Counted from the first letter of the whole stretch, positions 35,650 through 49,022 are shown. The stretch is DNA of 63,121 nucleotides, filler included, from Octopus bimaculoides (GCF_001194135.2; 3 parts of 3 records of this genome joined end to end with filler, not necessarily neighbours in it); one strand, 5' to 3'. Numbers and translations: made by a program. Notes: a model not told the origin generated them from the sequence alone.

Positions 35650-38600
35650 TTTATATTTTCTCTTTATCACAGGTTTTGTTGGAGTCTTGCATGCGTATCG
35701 GGCTTACTACCTGCAGCCTACGGTACCATGCTATTCGTTCTTTTCAGGTATCTAATACACTCCTGATTATTCTGGCCGTGCCAAGGAGGCAAACCTTTTG
35801 TAACAGTTCTACTGGACTCTCTATTCCAATTTCCTTTATATTCCTTCTGATGACTAGATATTATTCCTTCTTATATTGCCTTCTGATTCTGTTCCCATGG
35901 ATCCAACAATAATTGGCACTATCTTCACCTTCTTCATTTTCCTTCCCTGCTTAAGAGGGTTGTATCTATCTATCTTTTCGCCTTCCTTGACTATTCGTGA
36001 GTCAAAGGGGCATGCACCATCAACTATATAGCATATGTGGTGCACCTTGTCTGGTCTGTTATGCTCTAGCGATCTGTTTGGGTTGGTAAATCCCAGAGGA
36101 TTTTGCTGGTCTCCGACTTTGTCACTTTCTTTGGTTTGTGCTCATACCACGTCTTGCCTTTCTCTAGCTTCCACTTTTCGCCCAGTTTCCAATGTAGCAC
36201 TTTCGCTTCCTGGTCGTGTCGCCATAACTTGTAGTGGTTTTGGGCAAGTCTAGGGCATTCGCTCGTGATATGGGCAATTATTTCATCCACTTTATTGCAG
36301 ATGCGGCACAGCGGAGACACTTGCTCATTCCTAAGGTTGACTCTCTAGTTCGTGGCCAAAGCTTGGCCCTGTGTTGCTAGTATAGCGCTCTCACTCTCCT
36401 TTTTAGGGTTATTTTCATCAGCCACTCTCACCTATTTTTCTAGCAACTTCTACTGTGGTTACATAGAATTGATTGTGTTGTCCCTTCTTGCGTAATTTTT
36501 TTCATTTCCTTTTTGTACTTCTTCCTTTGTTTCTCTTTTTTCTCTGCTATCAATACTCCCTCGTTCCTCACTGTCACTAGCAAGGTTTCCTTACTTTAGG
36601 CTAGGTATCTCATTAAGCTCTCGAGTTCGATACGCACGCTGTCTTCCACACTTATCAGTCCCCTTCCTCCATTTGCTCTCTTTATGTATAGGTGATCAGT
36701 GTCTGCGCGTGGATGATGAGCTCCATACATCATTAGGAGCTTTCTTGACTTCCTGTCCATCTCATTTAGCTCCTCCTCTGTCCATTTCAGGAATCCAACG
36801 ACTGCGACTGTCCGCGAGTTTATTGCCAAAATTATGTTTCTGGCATTCAGCTTTGAAGCCAATATTTTTCTCACTCGCCGCAGGTACTCTCTTTTTGTCT
36901 TTTCCTTCATGCCGTGGTTCTTGATTCCATCTGCCTCAAGTATTCCCATCCATTTATAGCTGGACTGAGGTTGAATTGCCTTCATCATTTCACTACTTGA
37001 CAACCATATACCTTCTGTCTTGGTAAGCTTTCCTCCTCTCATCACCATCGTAGCACATTTTGAGAGTCCAAACTCCAATAGCATTTCGTGCTATTCCATG
37101 TAAGGCTTCTCGTATTTTCTGCTACTCCATACATTTCCATTGATCTTATTATTCAGGAGTGTGGTATCATAACGTATGCTTTGCAATAGTCAACCTATGC
37201 CATGCTCAAGTTTGTATGTCTTCTGTTGCAGTTCCTGGTAACTAGATTATCAATTAAGAGCTGATCCTTCGTTCCCCGGCTCTTTTTTCGGCACCCGTTT
37301 TATTCAATGGGCAGCAGCCTATTTTTTCTCAAGTATCTGTGCAGTTCACCGCTCAAATCACCTGACATTAGTTTCCACATTAGAGGAAGGCATGTTACTG
37401 GTCTAAAGTTGGATGCAACATTTCCCTTTACAGGATCCTTGGCACATAACAATGTCTTTCTCTTTGTCATACAGCTGGGCACTGCGCCTTCCTGCAAGCA
37501 CTCATTTAGCTCTTCTGCTATCCTTTCATGGAGCCCTCTCAGCTTCTTTAGCCAATAACCTTAGATCCCATTCGGTCCTGGGCTCTTCCAGTTTGGGTAT
37601 TTTCGTAACTGCTTTTTATCATTTCTATAGTTATCTTTATGTCTTCTTGGACTTCTATATTTCTTAACCTATCTAGGATTTCATGCAGCCACTCCGCTTC
37701 ATCATTATGTTCTACAGGTTGGCCCCAGATCCCTCTTTAGAATGCCTTGCTTTCCTCTGCATCTGGTACCGTTGTTACGTGTATTTGCTCATCTAGTTCC
37801 TGAAACAGTTTCTTCTGATTTGTTTCAAACAATTCTTTTTTGCCTGAATCGGCTTTTTCTATTGCCATATCGTTCCAGTTTTGCTTTGATTGCTACTACC
37901 CTTGTCTCAATTCTTCCAATATCACATCATAACCTTTATCTCTTATTCTATATGTTCTCTCCAGCATTATTCTTATGCTTTCGTTCCGCAATTCTCCTCT
38001 TCTCAATCTATCAACTTGTCCTAAATGTCTTTTTAACTTTATTTCTCACAAATTCGTTGATGCCAGTATGGTTCCTTACGTTCTGTGTGTTCTTTTCTTT
38101 TGTATCCACTCTGTTTGCAGTAACCATAGCTGCAGCCCAAATAATCTTTTTAATTTCAGTAATATTTCTCACCTGGAATAGCCCAAGAACCGAATCTACC
38201 TTTTCGGTTTCAACTTTGAGCTAGCATCGATCAGTTTACCTCAGGTTGGGGGTGGGGTGGGGTGCTTGATCCTGGTCTTCTCTGATATATCGACACAGCA
38301 TCCTCACTATGCCTTTTATCTCTTCTATTTCCATGTCTGTTAACCACCCCTTTGCTCTTGTTGCTCCTACCGGGTCGGCTAACCGTTGCCAACTTGTTTC
38401 GAAACGTCCTATCTCATTCCATTTTGCTTTCATTCGTAGTCGGAAACCCCTTCTGCTGGGTTCACTCCTGACCCTGCATTTAATTACCCTTCGGTTTGCC
38501 TTCTTATCGTACTTTTTCTGCCTCTGGCTTTGTGTACAATCAGTCTCTGGATGATGACCGGGCCTAAGCTGCCCAACCAAGGGTTCATTAACACCATTAT

Positions 38601-39134
38601 TTGATACATTTATATTAGACATTTTCACTCAACATTGAGGTATGTGTTTTAAAGGTTAGCAACCAACCGGTATTTTTATCGAGACACCATCTCTAGTAAG
38701 ATTGTCAACCAAGACTGCAGAGCTCTTATTACCCATTAGTCGGGCCTGTTTCCTTCGTATTTCTGTGTGTTGGGAACCATGATCGTGATTCTCACTAGGA
38801 GACAGGTGAGCGTCAGTTGGTCCCGTATCTTCATCCAAGTAATGCTACGGAGTTAAGTCCCGATTGGCGGCTCATTCACCTTCGTCTCAGGCATGGAGCC
38901 TTTGGACACTGACAGGTTGTCACCACTCTGACTAAGGAGTCATATCTACCCCAGTTTTAAATTAGAGTGTTCCCTCACCTTGATAGGCTGCCAACTAAGG
39001 CTCACGAGTTGTCTTACCAGTTCCTCTGCCCTTTGCTGGGTTTTGTTTTTATTCCTGTAGGGTGTCGAAAATCCTCCTTCTTCACCAAGCAAACTTAGTG
39101 GGGTTGCCGGTTTGGTCGCCGACGACTCGACGGA
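35650..39134 (-). mobile_element. Near-full-length R4/Dong-clade RLE LINE, degenerate, RT core deleted
   Basis: N-terminal [51 protein letters not shown] and VDYCKAY. FGLSKC, YKWMGILE. CCHC knuckle CRICNKVDEIIAHITSEC. RLE region IVDGACPFD..KIDRY..IIVGSMG. The 5' end abuts (AAT)4. Confidence 0.92.
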
Positions 39135-39139
39135 TTATT

Positions 39140-40480
39140 ATTATTATGGCTGTCAGCATGGCAAGCCACGCTTGACCTCGCTCCGCGAATTTTATAAAGA
39201 AAAATCACATAATAGTATATTTGCACTCTTTAATTTTATAACCTCGTGGACAACAAGTTATTTGCTGCTGAGTGGTAAGTTTATTTTCCTATTTTGTCCC
39301 CCAGCTTTGGGGGACAGGTCAATTGTTTTTGTTTTCTTAAATCAAAATTGTGTGCGTTTCCCCCACCAACATAGGGAAAACAGAAAACACGGTGACGCTC
39401 ACATGTGAGAGAGGGGCAGAAAATGAGAAGCGTCACTATGAGAGAGGGTGTATGCGAGCGAGGCGATTTCGGTCTGAAAGACAAAACAGTCGATAGTCGT
39501 GTTTTTCTTAAGGAAATGAAAAAGAGGGACAACGGAGCCATGTTTTCAAGGCTCTGTCATTAGCAATATATTCGAGGGAAAAGAACCAAACACGCCCAAA
39601 ACAAACATTGCATCGACACCACCACTTCTAACGCCTGAAACACAAGCCATTCCACACGCAAAAACCACCACCACCACCACCACCACCACCANNNNNNNNN
39701 NNNNNNNNNNNNNNNNNNNNNNNNNNNNNNNNNNNNNNNNNNNNNNNNNNNNNNNNNNNNNNNNNNNNNNNNNNNNNNNNNNNNNNNNNNNNNNNNNNNN
39801 NNNNNNNNNNNNNNNNNNNNNNNNNNNNNNNNNNTATATAATAACACGCACAAACATTATACCAAAAGATTTTGTCGCACGCACATTCTCCCTACCTGCA
39901 CACATACAAATCATTCAAACAACACGAAACATAAACACATACTCAAAAGCCCATTTCCCACAGGAAATCGGAGATTTTCGCTAGAATATCACCAAGAGAA
40001 ATCTTGGTGATTTGCTGTTGGAAACACCCCAAGCCAACGCGAGGGACGGTCAATCCGCCCCTCCAAACAAAACCAAGTAAGTTTTCCCTTTCTTTTCTTC
40101 TCTTTTTCCGACAACCCGGTCGTGTACAAAATCGGCAGCATCAATGTACATGCCCTGGGGTCGCCTTGGAAGCGGGGTCACCCACTCAACGACCTCAGAG
40201 AAAGGGACTGAAAACAAATACTTTTCTCTTTGGCCAATCCCTGATGAACTTCTTCAAGTTTCACTTGAAAAGGAAAATACGGGTAGAGCGGGAAGTGCTG
40301 TCTTCTAGTAAGTTTGCCGAAAAGTGGGTGAAAGTGGCGAGAATGGTACGAGTGAACGGACCTGCTCTGAGTATACGCCTGTAGTTGGAAAGAAGAAAGG
40401 AAACGAAAAGAAAAAAGGCACCTGCCCCAAGTCAGGGTACCCATGTGCAACCCTCGAACATCTCCCTATTGAGAATTACA
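39140..40480. promoter_or_regulatory. CpG/GC-enriched, promoter-like or first-exon-like region
   Basis: Locally CpG-rich and unlike the repeats elsewhere in the window. GC-box CCGCCC at 40055, CCAAT at 40234, ETS-like CGGGAAGTG at 40289. Consensus donors gtaagt at 39275 and 40077. Confidence 0.3.
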
Positions 40481-40698
40481 CATTGCTGATCGCCCTTTTT
40501 AAAAAATTATATACGTCTTGTTTACACGCAAAACCCTCACAATTACACACACTCACACACATATACACACATATACACACATATACACACATATACACAC
40601 ATTATTTTTGTTTTGTCCTGTGCTGTCCGTAATGTTTTTCTTCATGTAAACCCTTGTGGTTAATAAAGAAATTATTATTATTATCATTATTATTATTC

Positions 40699-40848
40699 TT
40701 TATATTTTCTCTTTATCACAGGTTTTGTTGGAGCTCCTGGAGTCTTGCATGCGTAGCGGGCTTACTACCTGTAGCCTACGGTACCATGCTATTCGTTCTT
40801 TTCAGCTATCTAATACTTTCCAGAGTATTCTGGCCGTGCCAAGGAGGC
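40699..40848 (-). mobile_element. 5'-truncated 3' end of the same R4/Dong family, embedded in (AAT)n; family-C fragment follows at 40953-41118
   Basis: Matches 35650-35790 at ~90%. Flanked by (ATT)n on both sides. Confidence 0.9.
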
Positions 40849-40872
40849 AGAATAATCAGGAAAGTATTATTA

Positions 40873-40952
<80 letters not shown>

Positions 40953-42254
40953 GCGTGAGAGAGCAGTGCATGCCATCAAAGTGACACTGGAGTAAAATAT
41001 ACGAAGCTCATTATACCCATCGTGACTAACCGTCTGATAAGAGTACACCAGGTACATGCATCACAACCATATGTGCGCAACATGGTGATCTCATAACAAG
41101 ACAAACAGCGCATGACCATATATTGCATTAAAAGAAAAGCCATCAAATTGAATTCGATTAAGTACACTACATATTCTGACCCACAAATGCACTGTCTTCT
41201 TCTACAGCAGAAACAGCGGCCTCCGTACTACAGAGATAGCTGATTATATACCACCTTCACTAAAACTCACCTTATTCAGTCACTTTCCTCCTCTTGTCAC
41301 TCACATTGAATTCCGTTCTCGCACTATCAGCTATGACTAGTCCTATCTCAGAAATTTAATTTTGGATTTCTCTCATCGTCCATGATCTCTTTTCTTCACG
41401 GCAGTCAAGGCTTGTAAGTGTTCACGAGGAATATTAAACCATTTTCAGGTAACAAGTCTCAAAGCCAGATCTGCAGCCTCTTCCTTGAGACCAAACCAAT
41501 AGTAAATAAGACAAAACACAAAGCGTCTGGTATATATTCTGAGGACATCGGAACATGAAAGGTGAAGTTAACTCCGGCGGAATTGGAAATCAGAATGTAG
41601 AAAGACAAAACTATGCTCTACTAGGCATTTAGTCTGCTCATCTAAAGTCTATATATCATATATAAACTACCAGTCATGCACTACGTCCATTGGATCGACT
41701 ATACTTTCCTATAAAATGTGTGGCCTTTTGTCACTACTGAAAATCAATATGGGTATGGAATATTACGCACTTAATGACCTTGGCATGTGTTACCATGAAT
41801 GATAAAGGTATTATAACTCGGGTGATGTTTAAACTTACCTGTGTTGTCTTCTTATAGATTCTCCTACCCACCTATTTGAATTATCTCTTCTGTAACTTAC
41901 CAAATACTCATTTCTTAACTAATCTCAAATCTTATCTTTAGCATCTAATTTAATTCAATATAACTTAAACTGAACATTGAGGTGGACGTCTAATTTACAA
42001 TTTTTTCATTAATTTGTATTACACGCAGTAGAAGTTCTTTCTTCATTTCGTTGTTTTGAAGTCCCTTTGCTTTAAATTACCTGATTACTACTTTTCCATT
42101 GATTAGAGTAACGGTGGTATAGTAGTAAATTCCCTTATTCTCTATATTCACTATGCTAAAATATTTAGTGACATCGCAAGTTTATACTCCATCAAAGAAG
42201 CTAATTTACTATGTCGATTATCTGCTATCGACTGGGTAATACTTTAAATTGTAT

Positions 42255-42780
42255 CCAGTGGTGGGGACCTTGGTACAGGAGTTCCTGGGTCTTGAGGAGT
42301 GTGAAGCCACCTCTTAGGCTCCCAACTATGGGTTAATTAGCATTTGTTCTTTCAAGTAGATGGAACTCGTCAGTCTGGAAGGCAGTTTGTCTAGGAGGAA
42401 ACTCCGATATAAAACCGCCGCTGCGGTGCGGGATGATGCGAACAAGGCTGATCTCTATTACATCTGAGACACCCAGCAGCCCGCTGTAACCACCCTACAC
42501 AGATCCAACATGTCACCAGTGGTGCCGCGGTGCCGCGGTGCCGCTGGTGAAAGTGGGTGGTCAAGTACGTGGGCCTTGTGATCGTAATACATGGTTCACT
42601 TTAAACAAAATCGCGCGAAGGTCATCTGTAGCTTGAACAATGAGCCTCTCCGCTTTCTTCCCTAAGTCCAATAACGATGGTAAACCGGGCGACAGGGGGA
42701 AAACTTGGTCATTTGGAAACCCCTAGTCCGGAGCCGCTTGCTGGCGGCTCTTATGTGAAGGTTGTTTCAGATAAAGGTCG
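42255..42780 (+). mobile_element. Probable RTE-like LINE 5' UTR fragment
   Basis: GGCAGTTTGTCTAGGAGGAAACTCCGATATAAAACC resembles the RTE 5'-UTR motif GCAACCAGTCTAGGAGAAGGAAAACTC. A similar motif occurs at ~62920-62955. Confidence 0.45.
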
Positions 42781-42861
42781 TCCATTTATTATACTATCTG
42801 GATGAAGAATTGTTGATGTTCATAAGTCTGATACTCAATATCCCACCGTCACTAGAATATA

Positions 42862-43415
42862 CAGGGTTATTCAAAAAGAAAGAGAAAATTTTAAATTTAT
42901 TTTAAAAACAAACGGTAAGAGACACAAACACATTCTACATATTTCTTGACAGGGGAAGTTTTAAAGTTTGTTTCAAGGTAGTATGCACTCAACATGAGCA
43001 CCATGTGTTGCTCGACAAACATCGAAACATCGAAACCTTTTTCTGTGAAATTTCTATGCCATTCGTCAATTTGCTTGTGACGAGGTGGATTTTTATTGAA
43101 TTGGCAGTGAAATTCATGTTACATTTTGCACAATCGATTCACATTTCTTAAAGTGCAGTACACAAAAAGACTTTTCTTGTGGCATCGCCATTTTCTAAGG
43201 GATTACACAAATGAAAATTATACAACTTTAAATAAAATGAACAAAATGAAACATTAAAACAAAATTAACATATTATTTTATTTAAGGCTTAATTTAATTG
43301 ATCATGTTCAGCTATAAACTTTAAACCTTTCCCTATCAAGAAATATGTAGAATGTGTTTGTGTCTCTTACCGTTTGTTTTAAACATAAATTTGAAATCTG
43401 CTCTTTCTTTTTGAA
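42862..43415 (-). mobile_element. Internally deleted non-autonomous Tc1/mariner element (DUF4817-type N-terminus)
   Basis: TA|CAGGG left end. ~105-bp TIRs at 42862-42970 and 43316-43415. The minus strand encodes MAMPQEKSFCVLHF..KQIDEWHRNFTEKG joined to the C-terminal DVCRATHGAHVE. Confidence 0.75.
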
Positions 43416-43684
43416 ATATTGGAAATATTGGAAATATTGGAAATATTGAAAATTTACCATAATAACTAAAAGGCTTGACAAGAATGGCTGAGATCTGTTT
43501 CTTTAACCGATTAATAAATTGACTAATTATGCATACAAACGAATGTATAGTGAAGAAACAGTTCTCCTAGCCATCGGAAACGATCGTAACCTTGAATAAA
43601 ATTATGTAACAGTCTTTTTTAGTTAGATTGTTCTCAGCGATTAATGCACCAACCATGTGATTGGTGAATATCCTCGGTTATATA

Positions 43685-45081
43685 TCAGGTCATCTCATAA
43701 GTTTTGCCCGATTTTACCTTTTTTTTAATTGATTGAAATTTATTAGTATTTTTGAATGTCTAATGGAATTAAAAATTATTTTTATGCATTTGTGTACATT
43801 TAAACTAATTAAATATTATTTTACAGAATAATAGAATTAAAGTTTCTTTAATTAAAATCCTTTCTAACATGGAAGTATCCAAAGAGCATTTGAGGCACNN
43901 NNNNNNNNNNNNNNNNNNNNNNNNNNNNNNNNNNNNNNNNNNNNNNNNNNNNNNNNNNNNNNNNNNNNNNNNNNNNNNNNNNNNNNNNNNNNNNNNNNNN
44001 NNNNNNNNNNNNNNNNNNNNNNNNNNNNNNNNNNNNNNNNNNNNNNNNNNNNNNNNNNNNNNNNNNNNNNNNNNNNNNNNNNNNNNNNNNNNNNNNNNNN
44101 NNNNNNNNNNNNNNNNNNNNNNNNNNNNNNNNNNNNNNNNNNNNNNNNNNNNNNNNNNNNNNNNNNNNNNNNNNNNNNNNNNNNNNNNNNNNNNNNNNNN
44201 NNNNNNNNNNNNNNNNNNNNNNNNNNNNNNNNNNNNNNNNNNNNNNNNNNNNNNNNNNNNNNNNNNNNNNNNNNNNNNNNNNNNNNNNNNNNNNNNNNNN
44301 NNNNNNNNNNNNNNNNNNNNNNNNNNNNNNNNNNNNNNNNNNNNNNNNNNNNNNNNNNNNNNNNNNNNNNNNNNNNNNNNNNNNNNNNNNNNNNNNNNNN
44401 NNNNNNNNNNNNNNNNNNNNNNNNNNNNNNNNNNNNNNNNNNNNNNNNNNNNNNNNNNNNNNNNNNNNNNNNNNNNNNNNNNNNNNNNNNNNNNNNNNNN
44501 NNNNNNNNNNNNNNNNNNNNNNNNNNNNNNNNNNNNNNNNNNNNNNNNNNNNNNNNNNNNNNNNNNNNNNNNNNNNNNNNNNNNNNNNNNNNNNNNNNNN
44601 NNNNNNNNNNNNNNNNNNNNNNNNNNNNNNNNNNNNNNNNNNNNNNNNNNNNNNNNNNNNNNNNNNNNNNNNNNNNNNNNNNNNNNNNNNNNNNNNNNNN
44701 NNNNNNNNNNNNNNNNNNNNNNNNNNNNNNNNNNNNNNNNNNNNNNNNNNNNNNNNNNNNNNNNNNNNNNNNNNNNNNNNNNNNNNNNNNNNNNNNNNNN
44801 NNNNNNNNNNNNNNNNNNNNNNNNNNNNNNNNNNNNNNNNNNNNNNNNNNNNNNNNNNNNNNNNNNNNNNNNNNNAGAAGATCGAAACTGACATTTCAGA
44901 GTTCTTCGTTTTGAAACCAAAAGGGTTTTACATTGATGGGAGTAAAAAGCTTGTAAATAGATGGAAGGAAGTCATAGATAATCAGGGAAAGTACATTGAT
45001 GATTAAATTTCAATTAAATATAACATTTAATCACGTGTTTTCTTTATTAAAAATTCGGGTAGAAATTATGGGATGACCTCA
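43685..45081 (+). mobile_element. Mariner element (mostly in an N gap)
   Basis: TA-flanked TIRs TCAGGTCATCTCATAAG / ATTATGGGATGACCTCA. Transposase start MEVSKEHLRH (43869) and end KIETDISEFFVLKPKGFYIDGSKKLVNRWKEVIDNQGKYIDD*. Confidence 0.88.
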
Positions 45082-45659
45082 TAGTTTGCATGGATGGCCC
45101 TGTGGATTTAACTAATACGGATCCCTATATCCCTCACTTGACTTTCTGTTAACCCGGTTTTTTGCATTGAGTGTTGACTGAGGTATTTGCCAGGATTTTT
45201 TCAATTCATACTTTCTATCATCGTATAGATATATATAAAACAAAAGTAGTTTGGCAATCGTTAATCAGTTTAAATCACCAGTTTTCATTGTGCTTTCCGT
45301 TCTCAGTAGAATTGTAAATTAAAGATGTGCAATCTAAAATAATTGTGTTTTAGTGATGATTTCATAACAGCAATCGGCCTTTATCCCACATGCTGCAAAC
45401 GTCTACTTCTTAGACACATTTTTCTATTAACTTTAAAGCGTAATTGTAGACCCTTGTTTATATCAGTTACTTAACATGGTTTACTAAAAAATCTAAATAT
45501 CTTAGTACATTTTCCATACAATGCTAAAAATAAACAAAATTACTATTATTTCTTAGGTGCGCGTGCGTGTATGTGACTAGTAGGTTGGGCTAGTCTGAAA
45601 TTTTACCTTCATTTTAACTAAAGCAAACAGTATTTCGACATGACTGTTAAACTGAATCA

Positions 45660-48094
45660 CGAGAGTGGGCTGAAAAGTTTATAAGCTGACTATGAAGGAG
45701 TGATACCAGATTTGTGAAATTTTGCATCTATTAAATTCAAACCTTATTAATAACCCATTGTTTCTTTCCAAGTAAATTGACTTCTGACTGTTCAAAGAAG
45801 ACTTCAAAAGTAATTGGTAGTGACTTCTCTTAAAAATGGACAAAAATCTGGCATCGTGGTATTATCAAGTACCTGCAGAAAAAGCCCTCAACAACATTCG
45901 TCCTGACATTAGAAGATGACGCTCTAGCTTTATCAACAATGCAAAAGTGGGAAGCTGAATTTAGGAGTGGCAGGGAGAGTCTTGAAGATGGCTCACGGTC
46001 TAGATTTCCTGCAATTGCCTCCACCGAGGAAAACATTGATTGTTTACCATATGCTGACAGATGACAGACTGTAAGGAACGACCGTGCGAACTCAAAAAGG
46101 AGAAATGGTGACGAATGGAAAAACAGAGGACTCCTTTTATTTACGTGTCACACGGTCGAACACATTATATATATCAAATGATGATATACAAAATATGTTA
46201 TGCTACGATAACATAGATGACCAGTAATGAAAGACCACAACCGTATAAGATGAATAACAGAAATATTTATTATGGCGTTAAAGATGTATGTCTGTGTGAG
46301 AGTGTGAATGCGACATATAATAACATAATCAAAGACAGGCCGTCGTACAAAGAAAAGTATGTATGTGAGTGATACATGTATGTGTATGTGAAATATTACA
46401 GCAGAGAAAGAGTCAATAACATGTGAGCAATTATACCAGTTCTTGGGTACACAATAATATGAATCTGTATGTGAAGTGAGTTGGCTGAGTGTGGCAGAGC
46501 TGATCACTAGTTGTGATGTCGTGGCATCGATGCCGGGCAGTGATTCTTGTTATACAGATGTTCGTCGTTTGGCAGAGCNNNNNNNNNNNNNNNNNNNNNN
46601 NNNNNNNNNNNNNNNNNNNNNNNNNNNNNNNNNNNNNNNNNNNNNNNNNNNNNNNNNNNNNNNNNNNNNNNNNNNNNNNNNNNNNNNNNNNNNNNNNNNN
46701 NNNNNNNNNNNNNNNNNNNNNNNNNNNNNNNNNNNNNNNNNNNNNNNNNNNNNNNNNNNNNNNNNNNNNNNNNNNNNNNNNNNNNNNNNNNNNNNNNNNN
46801 NNNNNNNNNNNNNNNNNNNNNNNNNNNNNNNNNNNNNNNNNNNNNNNNNNNNNNNNNNNNNNNNNNNNNNNNNNNNNNNNNNNNNNNNNNNNNNGGAACA
46901 GTCTCTAAGAGAAACTGGACCGAGACAAATTTGTTGGGTATGAGTTGATCTATTTAAGGCGAATTATTGGCTCCCGAATGCTTCAGTTTAATACTCTATC
47001 ACGTCACCTTATTAGGGGCTGTGATTGGTCAGTTTGCGTTCTGGCGGGAACGGTTCGAAGAAGTTGCCGATTCGAATAATAATCAATCACGTGATGACAA
47101 GGAATGGGTTCTCTACTACGCTCGCGTTTATTTATATTTAAATGAGAAGATTGTATGTAATGGCGATAGTAGTTTGTATCTAATGGCGGGAGGTAGTTTT
47201 GTATGTAATGACGATCGAGGTGTTAGTTTCATTACAAGACGATTGGCTATAAATCAAATAGCCAATGCTATTAATATATCCCTTGAGAGTGGAGAATATT
47301 CGGCACAGTGAACTTAGCATGCCGGAGGTTCCTGCTCAGTGGCTGCCACGTTTTCTGACACCTTTCAAAGCACACCAGGCTGATCACATCACAAGAAAAT
47401 TTGATATTGTTTCAAGCAGATTCAGCTGGTTTCTTTGAATGTTTAATAAAACCTGGATGAGTGTTGGGTTCATCACTTTGAGCCAAAGACACAGAGACAA
47501 TCTATATTGTGGAAATATCCTTCCTTACCTACTTCAAAGAAGGGCAAGGTCATTTCATCTGCAGGGAAGGTAACGGCCTCCATTTTTTGGGATGCAATGC
47601 ATTGTGTTTATTGACTATCTTAAAAAAGGGCCAAATCATCAAGGAGAGTACTATGCCAACTCGCTGAGGCAGTTACGAAAGGCTATCAGGATCAAATGGC
47701 CAGGAAAACTGACGAGAGGGCAATGCTTCAGCACACAAGTCTTTGGTTTCAATGGCTATTGTACGTGACTGTGGCTTTGAACTGGCTTATCACCTTCCCT
47801 GTTCTCTTAATTTGGTCCCGTTGTACTGTCATTTGTTCCCAACATGAAATAAAAAAAAACATCCACTTGGCTGGGAAGCAGTATCGCAGTGATGATGACG
47901 TCATATCTACTGTTGGTGAGATTATTTTTTTGCCAACAGAGTAAAAGCTTCTTCACCAATGGGATCCAAGCAATGCAGCACCGATGGAAGAAGTGTGTGC
48001 AGAGCAAGGAGGACTATGTTGAAAAATAAATCTCATTTGATTACATTCCCTGAGAGTATCATGGTCGGCCTATGAACTTTTCAGTCGAATCTCG
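45660..48094 (+). mobile_element. Degenerate mariner element (DD34D type) interrupted by a solo LTR
   Basis: TIRs CGAGAGTGGGCTGAAAAGTTTATAAGCTGAC / GTCGGCCTATGAACTTTTCAGTCGAATCTCG|TA. Motifs WHRGIIKYLQKK, ESLEDGSRS, WLPRFL, DECWVHHFEP, AGKVTASIFWD and YRSDDDV. Confidence 0.92.
46070..47236. mobile_element. Solo LTR (Gypsy-like) with a 4-bp TSD AGAC
   Basis: TGTAA...TTACA termini. AGAC at 46066-46069 and 47237-47240. Removing it restores the mariner frame DD-RR-LAINQIA. Confidence 0.85.
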
Positions 48095-49022
48095 TATAGT
48101 ACTACGTTTATGTGATGTTATATCATAGATATTTTAGCTTTTGCGATATTCGGTGGCAAGATGTAGAACACTGAGATACCATTATAACAAGCTTTCATGT
48201 TTGTCATATTCCTTTCAATATTCTGCATTCCTTCATCATTATTTGACACAAGCAATATTTTTTTGCTTAATCGTGACACATAACACAGGTATTATATGAA
48301 AGAAAAGAAAAAAGGAATGAAACAATAAAAAGAAGCTGATTTACGAAATTTTTTTCTCTATTCATTCTCTACATTTTTCTTTCAATCTGACTCTTTTAGT
48401 TAAAATAACAATACACAACTTGTTCTTATAACAAATCCATGCGACAGACTGCGATACTAAAAAATTACACGTGACTCAAAGTTGCCATGTAACGAAGCTA
48501 ACATACGTTCTTACTGCAAATGTAGTTGTCTGACATTAATCAATTATGTGTCGACTGTCAACTTCTCTCTATCGTTCTATCTTTAACAATTATTCCTACA
48601 CGCAAATATACTGTACCTACATAACAATAACTCCTAATAAGACGGACAATTTTTCATTGACTTTTCAATTAATATTTCCAATATTAAACAAAGATTTAAA
48701 GCATTCAATGCAATTAATATTCGGTGATTTTGTAAATATTTCCCGGTTACCTTTGCGATCGTTTTGATTTGGTTGAAAGGCCTCTAATTTATAAGCGTAT
48801 TTCTTCAAGGTTTAATTGCTTAAGTGAAGTTGTGTCAGAAGATCAAGAACAGGTTACAGAAGCAGTTTATAGGGAATTTGTTACCTATTTTATAGCGCTC
48901 AATACAGATTCTATTTTCTAATTTTTTTTTTAACTAATTTTTCTATATAAAATGCGTAGAAAACCTGGCAAAATTTTAAAAATTCATTGTAACAATATCT
49001 GTCCGTCTATCAGACAGACAGA

